Assembly (NCBI GenBank): GCA_964016885.1
Contig: OZ024755.1
Coordinates: 16,740,001 to 16,804,000 of the forward strand
Length of the DNA stretch: 64,000 bases
Origin: Eledone cirrhosa
Taxonomy: Eukaryota
Direction of reading: 5' to 3'
Below are positions 13,458 through 27,600 of this stretch, in pieces. Numbering within the stretch: the first letter of the stretch is position 1; every line of letters begins with the position of its first letter. The notes beneath the pieces were generated by a model. The model saw only the letters and a program-made list of their open reading frames with translations. It was not told the DNA's origin and made no database searches. A program made the position numbers and the translations under genes.

Positions 13458-14172
13458 ACTTATCTTTCGACAGGAGGCGCCAACCACTTGAAAGCCTCAG
13501 TTTAAATTTTCATGCCACTGAATTCTGGGTAGCGAACTTCATGTCTCTCTTTCTGTTAGAGTGGGAGCATTCTGTATTTAGTAAATGGTCACACGAAACT
13601 TTATTATCGTATAACAAATATATAAGATTAAATAGAAATACATATATGAAATTAATTAATTATTACTAGGAACCTTATAAATATAATACCTAAAAATATA
13701 TAATCAAAGCGAGAAAAACAAACAAAACCTCCATAAATTGAACACTAATTGCACCAGGTTATAATATTGTGATTTCTTTCCCATCTTTATTTTATGTAAT
13801 ATTAAAAGAATAAAATAATTATAAATATTTAAAATATTCCTGTGTTTAAAATATTCCAGTTGTTTGTATTTGTTTTGCAAAATTCTTGATGTGAAATCGT
13901 GTGTATTATATTTTGGGTGAGTCATGCTATCAATAAAAACACACGCACCAGTTATGTTTCACTTCAACTTTATTATTAGTAAAAGAATTCAAATCTCGGT
14001 CAAGTTAGCTTTACCTTCCATCCTTAGGGATCAATAAATTAAAGTACCAGTTATGCACTGGGCACATTTATTTGACTTTTCCTTCCTCCAAAATTGTTGG
14101 CCTTGTGCCTAAATCAAAAACTATTATTAGTAAAAGTAATTAATTCACTCCACGGTTAGTTTAGTAACCAAA

Positions 14173-14493
14173 TCATCATCATTCATCATTTCATTTTACG
14201 TCCGCTTTTCCCTGCTTGCAAGGGTGGGACGGGAACTGATTCTGGCTTGATTTCTACAGCTGGATGCCCTTCCTAACACCAACCTCATTTACAGTGAGTG
14301 CTGGGTGCTTTTTTGCCGTGGTACCTCCACGATATGGACCTCAGTCCCTATCATCTCATTTCTACAGCTGAGTAAACTGGAGCAATGTGAAATAAAGTGT
14401 CTTGCTCAAGGAAACAACACATCACCCGGTCTGAGAATTGAACTCACAACCTTTCGATTGCAAGGCCAATGCTCTAACCACTAAGCCATATGC
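14173..14493 (-). mobile_element. tRNA-derived CORE-type SINE with RTE-like tail (young family)
   Basis: Head TGGCTTAGTGGTTAGAGC..GTGAGTTCAATTCTC (A/B boxes), CORE-like TCCTTGAGCAAGACACTTTA, tail GCGGACGTAAAATGA; near-identical to 23710-24052 and 58276-58616. Confidence 0.8.
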
Positions 14494-14541
14494 CTCCATT
14501 AAATGGTTATTTTAATTGTCAAAGTTCTCTCGCCATACATT

Positions 14542-14576
<35 letters not shown>

Positions 14577-16531
14577 ATCATGATATATATATATATGATG
14601 ATAATATATATATATATCATCATCATATATATATATATTGGTATCTACATGTCTAAAGTGAGGAGAGTTCTTGTTTTTGTAGTAGGGTTTCATCATATTG
14701 CATTCAGTTGTGCATTCTATAAAAGTAATAACAAATATATATATATATATATATGGCAGAAGAACTCATAAGAGTCAATGGCCATCCAAAAGTGTGTAAA
14801 TATGTATATAGAAATGTACCTCGTGGTTAAACCACTGGGAGTGAAGGACCCCAAACCTTTGTCAGGGCAATCTTCTAGGAGACGGCAACTCAGGAAGCTC
14901 GGATAACTCCAATATAAAACCTGCAGCTCAGTAGTTACCGATGATGTTGATCTTTTCTTCTTTTCGGGTTATAGCTACTGTAGGTAAGAGAGTGGGATTG
15001 GCTCAGTGCACTGTCTTTCCTCACTTTAAAAAATATCTTCAAGCACAGGCATTGCACGACAGAATTAATTAATAATTATTAATAATGGTATATCGTGCAA
15101 TGGCCATACTCGATAACGAGGGGGCAGCCATCATCATGTATGTATGTATGTATTTATGTAGGAAGGTTTAAACTTCCAGATAAGTCCACAAAAAATTACT
15201 AAAATTACCAGTACTGGGGGTCGATATGAAAATGGTGCTCCTGTATGGCCACAGTCCAACAACTGATATTAGTAAAATAAAAATAAAAAAAAAAAAGCAA
15301 GAGTACACTGAAATGGAATGCTATAAAACCAAGAAACTCAGTGACGCCATAGTATTTTCACTTCAGAATAGTGTTATCTTTGATTTCCTTCCATTAACAG
15401 TTTGGAGAAATATTTAGGAGTTGTCTTATTCAAACATAGATTTTAGGTTATCTATATAATTGTTGGCAAACATCACTGCTTTTCATTTGCTTCTACTGTT
15501 TCACCTATATACAATTGGTGGTATAAAAATAGGTTTATTTAGTAGCAGAAAGATAATGATATTGCTGTTGCATTTAATGCAGAAACATTGGTCTTGTGAT
15601 TTAGTTTTAACCTTTTAGTTACTAATCTGGCCAAAACTGGCTCTGGTTCTATGAAATAAAATAACCCATTTTAAAGGTTTCCATTTTAAATTAAAATCCC
15701 ACAATATAATTTTATATTAGAACCTTAAATTAAGATACTATTAAAGTATTCAAATAATTAATAATTTTAGTAAATGCCTCAAAATTCTTCACTAATTAAT
15801 TAAAATAGAGTGTACTTCATTAAAAATGCTTTACAGAGATAAATGTATATTGAAATATTTATTATGATGTTTCAAAGTACTGATCAGTTCTTTCATTTTT
15901 AAAAATTCTTTTACCTGTTCCAGCCCACAGTGGGTTGTGACCATGCTGGGGCACTGCAGTAGTTTTAAGAGAATATTTTATCAGGTTTAGAAAGATCATT
16001 ATCTGAATCTCTAAATCAATGAAATCTCTTTAGTTATTTCTTTTTGGCACCTGAAATGATCTATGAGCAATGCATTCCATGTTTTCATACTTAATACAGA
16101 GGAGGTGGAACTAGGGTGGAGACAAAATAGTCACTGATAGTGGTGTCTTATATGAAGTTTCTACCTCTAACACAAGGGTAAATGGGAAAATCATCGAGTC
16201 TCTAACCATCTACTATTTTCACTCCAGCTTTTCGAATTCAAACTATTGCTGCAAATACATGTTAATAGTTTTAAGGAGCTTTAAACTGGTTCAGTATACT
16301 CAACAGGCGACAGTTGACTACTTAAGACTTATTTTGGTTATCTCCCCTTGACCCCATTCGAACCAAATAGCTGCACACACGCATTTATCTTCCAATGCCT
16401 AATTTTACTCTCAAATCATCCGGAGTCCGTCGTTCAATTACTCGTATGTTATAAATCTAGCGAAGCATGTTTAATTCGTGTACATACACATACGTATATA
16501 TTAATATATTATGCATAGTCATGTACACCCA

Positions 16532-16566
<35 letters not shown>

Positions 16567-16665
16567 CCAACCTGATTAGTTCTATCGTTACTTTGGTATA
16601 TATTGTGTGTTGGATTCGCCTACCACAATGTTCGATTTGTCAAGCTATTTAAACGTATGTTATTA

Positions 16666-16698
<33 letters not shown>

Positions 16699-16699
16699 C

Positions 16700-16868
16700 T
16701 CATCCACCATCTGTGTGAGTCTCTTGGTCAGTATCCAAGTCTCAGACCCGTACAGTAGCACAGACTCTACTGTAGCAACGAAGAGACAGATCTTCAGGTC
16801 TTTACGAAGGTCCGACTTCCACACCGATCTCAAACTGTGGTACGCCGCCCAGGCTTTGCTCTGCCTCT

Positions 16869-16870
<2 letters not shown>
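16700..16870 (-). mobile_element. RTE-clade LINE fragment
   Basis: KAWAAYHSLRSVWKSDLRKDLKICLFVATVESVLLYGSETW, bounded by microsatellites. Confidence 0.8.
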
Positions 16871-16958
<88 letters not shown>

Positions 16959-17099
16959 AGAAAACTCATCGCTAGAACAGACGTTAAAACACCCAAAATG
17001 CCGTCAAAGAAAGCGATGGGTAAAATGCCTCAGGGGACAGAGACCTGCGGCCAGTGGTCGACAGAGAGAGAGAGAATCCACGAGGTGTGAGACAGGCAG

Positions 17100-17138
<39 letters not shown>

Positions 17139-17226
17139 GTAAGTCTGCACACACACACACATATATATATGTACGTATGGGTTATATCGAACATTAAGAA
17201 TAAGCTCGATATATATACACACACAC

Positions 17227-17259
<33 letters not shown>

Positions 17260-18328
17260 TGTATGTATGTATGTATGTATGTATGTATGTATATACAACG
17301 TTAAATAGCTTTGATTTTATTTTCTAAGGATTACAATATATTAAAACGTGATGAAAAAATATCAGCATATATATTTATTAATAACCCTATATATATTTTA
17401 ACGTGGCTGTATGGTTAGGAAGTTGTCATTGAGATATCCTGAAGATCGAGTCAGACCCAAACTCTTTGAATGGATTTGTTGAACAGAGAATAGTTTTGTC
17501 TGCCTGGGGCAACAGACAGCAAAAACCAACTCGCACGCGCGTACATACTGTCTCATACCATACACACACCCATACATACAACTTTGGTTACCTCCCTTTG
17601 ACTATATTTCATGAACGTATCTGCACACACGCATTTCTCTTCTAATGGCCAGTTTTTTTTCTCTCAGTCCATCCGAGCTTCGTCGTTAATTTTACTTCTG
17701 TTGCACATCCAGTGGATCGTGTTCGATTAGTTGACATGTGCACACTGGAATATCTATATATATATATGTAATAAATATATGTATAGAAGTACAACACACT
17801 CTTTCTCTGTGTGAGTGTATGTATATATATATATGATGAATCAGGGGCGGTGGAACTGGAGGAACCAAGGGGTGGGGAGACCATATCCCTCCCCCCAATA
17901 ATTATATATTTTCTCCCTAAACTACCAAGACACTGATCTATTTATATATGCGCTACAATTTATGTACATGTTATGTTTATCGCATATCGAAGTTTTTTTT
18001 TATATCTTGGTTGATATTTGATAATAGTGTAAAATATGTTTACCTTATTATTATAGCTATTAACATATGTGTAATACCATCATATAAATTGTGTTGTTAT
18101 TTGTATTGTCAATTACTAAGCGGCTTAAAATATCGATTCAATTACTTTATATATATTACTTATATGTGACTTTTTTTTTCTAGTTATTATTGTAACTACT
18201 TTTTCTGTGACTCTTTACCCTGTTACATAATCTCCGATCATCGTGAGTCTTGATTTCAAAATAAGCTTAAAATTAAATAAAATGAAATTTCAATTTCTTT
18301 TTATTATATTAATATTTAAACAACTTGT

Positions 18329-18440
18329 TGACGTGGCGAGCAATGAACTATTGTAATTTCATTCTAGAGAATAAAAAAATAACTCAGTAAATAATGTTTT
18401 CAGACACAACATAATACGAAATAAATATGAAATCCTTGAA

Positions 18441-18471
<31 letters not shown>

Positions 18472-18473
18472 TA

Positions 18474-18505
<32 letters not shown>

Positions 18506-18605
18506 AATGATAGACAACAACTGCATTGATAAAAATAGTATTAGGTCGTAAGTGGACGAAATTGGAGTATATCCTCTTTGCGAGGAACTCTCTTTTGTGC
18601 CACGT
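18329..18605 (+). promoter_or_regulatory. SCFD1 proximal promoter with CREB3/XBP1-type ACGT motifs
   Basis: TGACGTGGC at 18329-18337 and TGCCACGT at 18598-18605; CpG-rich DNA around the ATG. Confidence 0.4.
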
Positions 18606-18636
18606 TCACGCAGGCGTCGTAAACAGGACGGACAAG

Positions 18637-18667
18637 ATGTCAGCTTCCTTACGGGAAAAGCAGACAG
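18637..18667 (+). CDS. SCFD1: SCFD1 exon 1 ([10 protein letters not shown])
   Basis: aagATGT start, donor GTAGGA, phase 1. Confidence 0.88.
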
Positions 18668-21600
18668 GTAGGAATCGTTGGTCTTTATTTAACTGTTCTC
18701 TCATATATTTAGAATATATTTCGACATTTACCAACTAGTATTTGTCTGAGGATATCGATATATCTATTTGTCGTTCATGACATCTTGTTTTAGTGACGTA
18801 TTTGCGTCCATCCTCTCGCCGTTGTCGTTATTTCTGTTTATCAATGTTATTCTAAATCATGTGTTATTTTTGACAACTGTAGGTAGCCTTAACTTGTAAC
18901 GATTCTTCTTTAAAAACAAAAAAAATTTGATCTGTTTATAGTACTTATTTTAATTTACGTATACTTTTGTTGTATATCTATCTTCCTTATTCATTCGTAT
19001 AATCACCGGGACTTGTCGAATTTTATGCTGTGGTTATCATTAACGATTGACAGCTGTTTTTTTTTCTTGGAAGGGGCTGGTGCCGTTCATTTTATTTAAA
19101 TATACTTCTGTTTGTAAAATGTTAGTAGGGCATCTTATTAAAACATCCCCAATCCGTTAGAATTAGCCAAAAAAATTCGAAACATTTGGAGAGCCCAGCC
19201 CCACCAGATAGTTATATGTTAAACTTGATTCAGTTATGGGTACGACTGAAAGAAACATTGTATATAAATAGATAATAAAGTTACAAACTCTTTCACACAC
19301 ACACACACACACATATGTATATATGTGTGTGTGTTTTAAATTACTGGGATCTATTCGTCAGTGATTTTGTATAAGATGTTTCATATGTATATGCTTCCAT
19401 AAATTATATATATTTTAGCGATCTTTTCATTGAGATGTTATGTATATTGGTAACAAATTTACTTATGTATAACTCCCCCCCCACACACACACTATCTGTA
19501 TGTATTACTCTTATTTGGTTACTTTCGAAAGTCAATACTGTCTCTGTAATCGAACTAATAAGCTTACACTATGTGGATCTCCAGGCAAAGTTATAGCAAA
19601 TGGATAGCCTTTTTTTATGGCGTTAACAAACCTTACCTGCCTTTGTTTATGAAATTAAAGAACCTTACCTGCCCCCTTTTTTATGAAGTTAAAGGATTTT
19701 TTGGGGCGGGGGTTAGAAATTGCATAAATGACAAAAGGGATTTTTCCGTAGTTCCCACCCCCACTGTTTACTTAAATTGGAATGCCCACGACCCTTTTCA
19801 GGGCCTCCAAGACATGTAGGAAGGAAGAAGGTATTCTCTAATCGGATACCTCTTAGAAATTAGTTGCGTTGTTTTTATTTTGTGTATTTAGAAATCGCTT
19901 AATCGACAAAATCGGAATTCATCCTGATTTATCATTGTTATTATCATTAAATAAACTACCAGTAATGCTCTTGGGTCGTTTAATCGACTTTCCATCCCTT
20001 CAAATTGCTGGTCTTGTGCCAAAAATAGAAACAATTATTATTATTATGTTACTGTTTACTTAGTGAGGAAAGGGCAATATCTGTGCCCATTTTCAGGGCT
20101 TCCGGTACCGTTGGGAAGGAGGGGTCTACTCTCAAACAGTAGACCTAGTCTGAATGTTTGCAACAATGTGGACTTTGGTAAATGCATCCAAGGACGAGGT
20201 GGTAGGTGTTAAGGCGAGCGACGGATTAAAGTCTATTTACCCTAAATATTTTATGCAGGTGACAGATAATGTTGATTTATTTCATTCCACTGCGGTTACT
20301 AGTACTTGTATATCTTTAAATGACGATAAAAAGCGTGGAATTTGAACTCGGATGTAATACAATATATTGGACATTTATTCTTAACTGAAGCTCATACATG
20401 TTGTAACTACATAATTTGAGCTTCATTAAAGGACGTTATATCACATTAATTATTTACGTAGGCACAAGATTTCATATTTATAAAATGAAAGCATAAACAA
20501 TGTAGAGTGAAGTGGCTATAACCAAGAAACGAAACTATTTCAGCAAACAAATGCAGGAGGGTTCTTTTTTAAAGTAGAAGGATTATTATACAGTGTGTGT
20601 TCTATTCTCTTGATTCCAGAAGCCAGAATCTAGTTGTACAGAGAATTGTCATGGCCAGGAGCTTGCTTGATTGCACAAGATGGCCATAGCATATTTTCTA
20701 GCTTCATCTTGTTTTTCATATACCACAGTGTGATGCTGTTCCATCATCTTGGCTATTGAATTCTTCGATTTCTGTCATTTTATCTGCTGAAATTTGGTCA
20801 AGTTAGATTCCCTTTGCTTGGTACTATACAGTGACGCAATTAGGATATGGCAAGCATGGCCCGTGTCATCGGTGCCACTTGAAGGGGTGGGGATCTATAC
20901 ATGGATTAGGAACGCTTTCTATTAAAGTCAGATAAGCTGCAGTTGGAGAGTGAAATAGAAACTTCTTCAGATGTATGAGCTGTATTTGCTTATCGTGGGT
21001 GAGAAGCACTATGGTGGCTGGATCATTAAATAATTTATATAAATTATTAGGCTCATAGTTAAAAATTCAGTGCTGGGCAGGGGCGCAATTTCACTGCTTG
21101 CCATAGGTGTTATTTTCCCTAGTTACGCCTCTGGTACCATGTAACCAAGTAAAGCCTGTCCGATAATCTGGTAGTCAATGACTAACTGTATTGCCTTGAT
21201 TGCGTCTTATGCTATGAATTTTAGATGGATGGGACAACTCGTTCAGCCCATGCTAATGTGGAAAATGGACATTAAAAGGCGATGATGGATCTTCTAGTGA
21301 GTAAACAAGTCTCTGACTCACTGGTGCTGCAATTCTCAGATTTAACCCATCTACCAAGGCAGTTGCCCATGATGTAAATGCTTTCATTTAAAGGTTATGA
21401 TATAAAATTATGGTAGAAAGTTTTTAGATAAATATAAATACTTTAAAATACAATTTTGTATCTTAAAATCAGAGGCAGTTTCAGGTGGGTTGATATCCAA
21501 AAGGTTTGAAAAAGATTTCAGTTATCTAAGAAAAGAATCATCTTTGCCAATTTAACTTCATTAATAAACTCGTTTTCTTTTTTTACTTTGCAGTGGCTCT

Positions 21601-24600
21601 CAAGCGTATGCTTGCTTTCAATAACCAGACAACAAAGCAAGTTTCAGCTGAGCCACAATGGAAGGTAAGTAACATATTTTAAAAATTCACTGACCATACA
21701 TTTTATAGACTGGGAGCAGGCATGATTGGGTGGATAAGAAGTTAAATACTGAATGGTGATAAGAAAGGCATCCAGCTGTAGAAAGCTTGCCAAATAAAGG
21801 TTTGGGAGGACCCTTCAGTTGTGTCAAAGACATGACAACCTCCTCTGTGTGGAAGGAAGCTGCTGTAGAAGAATGCCAAGGAAGACTTAGGCAAAAGTTG
21901 TGAGAGTGGATCTTAGAACACTAAATCTAGTTGAAATGAAGATGGAGAAACAGAACAAGTGGAGGCAAGCAGTGCTGGAGATCTGATCTTCCCATGCAAA
22001 CATGGAAAAGTAGGCATATGATGATGATAATGATGATGATGATAAAGGGAGGCATTTAATCCAGCACACCCACACACGTAATCCAACTAATTCAATAATT
22101 CTGTCATTTCACTGTTATATGAGGGTGGGCTGAAAAGTTCAATGGCTGACTATGAAGAAGTGATGCTAAAGCTGTGAAATCTTGTATGCATTCATTTCAA
22201 CTCTTCTTATTAATAACTGCATTGTTTCTTTTCAAGGGACTGTTAAAAAATAAACCTCATTTGGTCATTCCATGAGGGTATCTTGGGCAGTCTATGAACC
22301 TTTCAGCTGACCCTCATATTTGAATGATATAGGAATTACTTTCTTCTATTTAGTATGTTTAGATTTATATACACCTACTATTAGACTATGGAATAAGGGA
22401 ATTGAAAATATTTTGTTTATTTGCAGGTGTTGGTCTACGATCGATTCGGTCAGGATATAATTTCTCCTCTTTTAAATGTAAAAGAATTAAGAGATTTAGG
22501 TGTAACTTTACATATGTGAGTATATATACTCTTCTTAATTTGTGAGATAAACTCTTTTCTTGTGGATGTACTTTGTTTCAATTATATTAACATATTATTG
22601 TCGTTTTTTTGGTTATTTCTTAACATTCTGCACCACTTGAAACCACATTAGCAAGACATTCTTTAAAAATATCACATTGAAAATTAAAGTCTTCTACACT
22701 TGTAATGCATGGCTTAATGGTTAGAGCATCGAGCTTTAAATTGGAAGGTTGTGAGTTTGATTCTCGGACTGGGTGATGCATTGTGTTCTTAAGCAAGACA
22801 TTTTATTTCACGTTTCTCCAGTTTACTCATCTGTTGTGACATCACTGGTGCCAAGCTGTATCAGCCATTACCTTTCCCTTGGACAACATCAATGGCATGG
22901 TTGTTTATGCAGATGTGGCGAGCTGCATATATTCTAGCCATTAGAAAAAGCTAAATGAATGCTTCACATTCGAAAGAGGGATAACGCAAGAAGACACTTG
23001 TAATTTTTGTTTTCAGATAAATATAAACATTTTAACATAAACATCTTTGTATCATAGAACCAAGTGTTGTTTTACCCAGGTTAGTTTCAAAAGGGTTAAA
23101 ATAAATATGTATATATTTTTTTGTGAAAGGTGTTGGGTGTACTTTGGTTTTCATTTAGTTTACTTTTCTTAAAGAAAAAATTCTTGAAACTTCTTTCAGG
23201 CTTCTCCATTCAGATCGAGACCCAATTCCCGATGTTCCTGCTATATACTTTGTTATGCCGACAGATGATAACATCCAAAGAATATGTAGGGTGAGTATTT
23301 TGGTCAAAGAATGGTCTTCATCTTCATCATCTTCTCCTTCCCTGTCTTCAATTACATCTTTATCATCTTCTTCTTCATGGTCATCATCTCCATCTTCTCC
23401 TTCTTCTTCAGCTTCTCCTTCGTCATCTCCATCTTCCCAGCCACCTCTTCCCACCCCCTTTCCCCTCCTGCTCTCACCGCTGATAAAATAACATACCAGT
23501 AACGCACTAGGGTCGATTTAAGCGACTTTCCCTTCCCCTAAATTGTTGGCCTTGTGTTTAAGTCAGTAACCATTATTACAACAGCAGAGGGCTGTAGATT
23601 GACAGTATTGGTAGAGTGTTGGAAAACATGATTTGTGGCTTAGAGTTACAGCTTTTTAGGTTCTGAGTTCAAATACAGCCAAAGGTAGCTTTACCTTTCA
23701 ATCCTTACATCATCATCATCATCATCATCATCATTTTACGTCCGCTTTTCCCTGCTTGCAAGGGTGGGACGGGAACTGATTCTGGCTTGATTTCTACAGC
23801 TGGATGCCCTTCCTAACACCAACCTCATTTACAGTGAGTGCTGGGTGCTTTTTTGCCGTGGCACCTCCACGACCACTTTGCAGTGGAATGATATGGACCC
23901 CAGTCCTTATCATCTCATTTCTACAGCTGAGTAAACTGGAGCAATCTGAAATAAAGTGCCTTGCTCAAGGAAACAACACATCACCCGGTCTGAGAATTGA
24001 ACTCACAACCTTTTGATTGCAAGGCCAATGCTCTAACCACTAAGCCATGTGCTTACAGGGCAGATTAAATAAATAATACCATTAATGCACTGGGCTCCAT
24101 TTAATTGACTTACCCCTTCCCTTCAAATTGCTGGCCTTGTGCCTAAATTAGAAACCCTTATTGTAACAGCAGTATTTTAAAGATGTAAGATAGAGCGAAA
24201 CTTTCTTTACCATCAGAAATATATTATAAACAGTTATGATGTTTTTCTGCAACAATACACTCACTCCCAGCAACGCCAGCCCCTAAAAAAAGAGGAAAAA
24301 AACCCACACACAATAACATTCTTCTCATTGTCTTTTATTTGGTAGGTATTCACTATCTTGTGTTTGTCTTCTTTCAGGATTTTGAAAACCAGATGTATGA
24401 TTCCTACTTTTTGAACTTTATATCTTGTATCTCACGGCAAAAGCTGGAGGACATTGCCAACACTGCAATCCAGCATAACTGTGTATCACAAATATCAAAG
24501 GTTTGTTACAATTTTATTTATTGACTGACTGTGTAGAAATTCCACAGATTAATTAGAAATAATCGCTAAGTATTGATGATTGATGACTATGTAGAATTTT

Positions 24601-27600
24601 AGCACGGTACTGTACTAAAACATGTTTAATGAAAATCGACCAATAATTAATAAAGCTATTAACTATTTTAATTAGGGAGTTTCTTTCCACCCACTCAGTA
24701 TATACACACAAATAATATAATTGTCTATACCAAAGACCCTTGAGAGTAACCCTATTTCAGCTGCTTGTATTCACAATTGTATTCTTTCGGTCATTACTCA
24801 AGATTCATGACCATTCATGTAAGGGTTGGCACCAATATATATATCTTCAATAATTTCTGTTCCTTTCTTATGACTTCTACTTGTATTATTGTAGATTTAT
24901 GACCAAAATTTAAACTTCATTAGTTTGGAAGATGATCTGTTCACACTGCGACATCAAAATAGAGAATCTATATCATATTATGGTAAGTTAATTTGTAATT
25001 TAAAGTAGTTTTGTTCTCATGATAAAGTCAAGCAGGATATGCTGTGAATTAGACATAACATAATTATATTAAAAATCAGCAAATAAAATGTTTATTGATG
25101 TAAAATAGATGTGCTAAGGTTTTAATACATAGCAAGTGGTCAGTAGCCCGGCATCTTAAACTCAAATTATTTTGTGTCAAATTTCTTAGACGACCATCTT
25201 AATACCAATTTCTAATTTATGCACAAGGCCAGCAAATTTGGGGGAAGGTCAGAGTAGTTGATTTAATCAACCCCAGTACTTGACCAGTATCAACCCTGGA
25301 AGGAAGAAAGACAAAATTGACCTTGGCAGGATTTGAATTCAGAATGTAAAGAGCCAGAAGAAATACTGTAATGGTATTTTATCCGATGCTTTACTGATTC
25401 TGACAATTGACCACCCTTTATATATTGATTGGCCAGCTTAATATCACCATTTGTTATTGGGTGCCTTTAGTGTGGTTCAATCTGAAAAACATTGTACCAG
25501 ACTCCTGTTTCACTCCTTGTCCATGTTTTCCTGCAGATACTGGGTGAAGGGCAAAGTTAATAAAATCAACCTTAATATTTGATTGGTAATTTCTTTTATC
25601 GACCCTCAGAAGAATGAAAGACAAAATCGACCTTGGTGGGATTTTAACTCTGAACGTAAAAAGCCAGAACAAATACCACAATGGCATTTTATCCAACTCT
25701 ACAAATTTTGCTTATCCTTTACCCTAGATATTGATTGCAGATGTTCAGGCTGGGAACCATGTGATTTAATCTTACCTGTCTGGGTGGGTCTACAAAGCTC
25801 ATAGGTACCACACCATCTGTCTTGATTAGCTAATCAGATATAGTTTTCATGTTTTTTTTTTGTTTTTGTATAAAATTTTTAATGCAAGTATTTTTAAAAA
25901 TCTTCTAATTATTAATTTTCTATCTTTAAACAGCGATTAATCGTGGTGATGTCAAGGATACAGAAATGAATTCTATAATGGATACCATTACAGATAGTTT
26001 ATTCTCAGTGTTTGTTACTTTAGGTAAGTTCCAGTCTCCATGTTGGTAACTTCTTAACCTTTTAGCATTTACATTACTTTACTATTATATTTTCATGTTA
26101 AAGGCTTTACTTCACATAATTACCTTACATAATATGGAATCTGAGATTTTGATGATGTTATTATTTATTTTGAGAACAATACCTTAATGTTAGTATGAGT
26201 GGCTGGTTATGGCCGGTTTGAACAGAAAGAGGTGAGAGAATTCTGGCTGGATACGGCCAGTTTAAATGCTAAAGTGTTAATATCATTTAGATCTTGTATT
26301 ATTTTTCTGTCTTATGACAATACTGTTTTGAAATTATTATTATTTGTTAGTTTAACATGGTTGGTGTTAGAAAGGACTCCAGCTGTAGAGACCAAGCCAA
26401 AATACAGATCTGCATGAACATGACTTGGTCTCTGGACATGACTTGTCCTATAAAGTGACATCCCGTCTAACCTATGCAAGCATGGAAAATAGATGTTAAA
26501 TATGGGCACTATACATTTTATCTTTGACTAACCATTAAAAACAATGAAAGGAAGTGCCACTGAATGCAGCTCTGTAGGGAAGTGAGACATTCTAATAACT
26601 CACCCTTCACCCATGCCTTTACTCACACTGTAAAGTGGTCATGTTGGTGTCACGATAAAAAGCACCCAGTCCATACTTAAAGTGGTTTGTCTTAGTGTCA
26701 CAACAAAAAGCACCCAGTTCACACTGTAAATTGGTTGTGTAGGTGTCATGACAAAAAGCACCTAGCCCTCACTGTAAATGTGGTTGGTATTAGGAAAGGC
26801 ATCCAGCTGTAAAAACCAAACCAAACAGAGTTCTATATGAGCAAGACACTGTCACCTAACCTGACTTACTCAAATGGGACAACCTGTCTAACCCATGCTA
26901 GCATGGAAAATGGACATTAAACGATGATGATGATGATGATCACAATATATATTTTTCTCCTGCATTAATAATTCTTTCTGATTGTCCAGGAGTTGCTCCT
27001 ATCATTCGATCACCCCGGGGCAACGCTGCAGAAATGGTAGCTGAGAAATTAGATAAGAAACTTCGCGACAATATAAGGGATGCTAGAAACAGCCTATTTA
27101 CCACAGACAATATACAAACTGGTCAGTTCAGGTAAGTTTTTAAAACACTTATCAATTATAATTATGACAAAAAAGGCTGGTGTGAGTGGAGAGGATAAAA
27201 TAAACTCAGTACCCTCTATAAAGTGGTTGGTGTTATGAGGGGCATTCAGCCATAGAAACCATGCCAAACAAAAGGGTCTTCTTGACCCTTTGTTTGGCAG
27301 TTTTTCTATGATTGGATGCCCTTTTTATCACCAATCATTTTAGTAAATTTAACCATAGAGTATCCATGCCTGCACTCATAGTTAGATTTAGGAAGGGCAT
27401 CTAACTTAAAAACCAATTGCTCCAACACAATCAATCCTACTTGTGGTAAACATGGATGTTAAACAAAAAATTTCTTCCTATTTCTATGTCCTTATTTTAT
27501 ATACTTCTGGTCTAATGTCTGTCTTGAGCCTGGTGGCTCATCAGGCTGGTGTTTATCCTGGTTTTGATGGCATCAAGTGACAGAGAGTACAAGACTGCCT

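Noticed and set aside
14425-14493. tRNA-like sequence with A and B boxes (also at about 22705-22775, 23985-24052, 58550-58616)
   Set aside because: These are SINE heads: no proper acceptor stem, and each continues into SINE body
16325-17720. Diverged ~115-bp duplicate (about 16330-16440 and 17581-17700) between ZW10 and SCFD1, first read as a paired regulatory element
   Set aside because: The minus strand translates to WMCN..RRSSDGLREK.L.IR and ERRTPDDLRVKLGIG, typical of the RTE LINE ORF2 C-terminus, so both are decayed LINE pieces
23155-23502. Acidic or Ser-rich ORFs
   Set aside because: Low-complexity (TCT/TCA)n tract following SCFD1 exon 4; only 23200-23290 is coding
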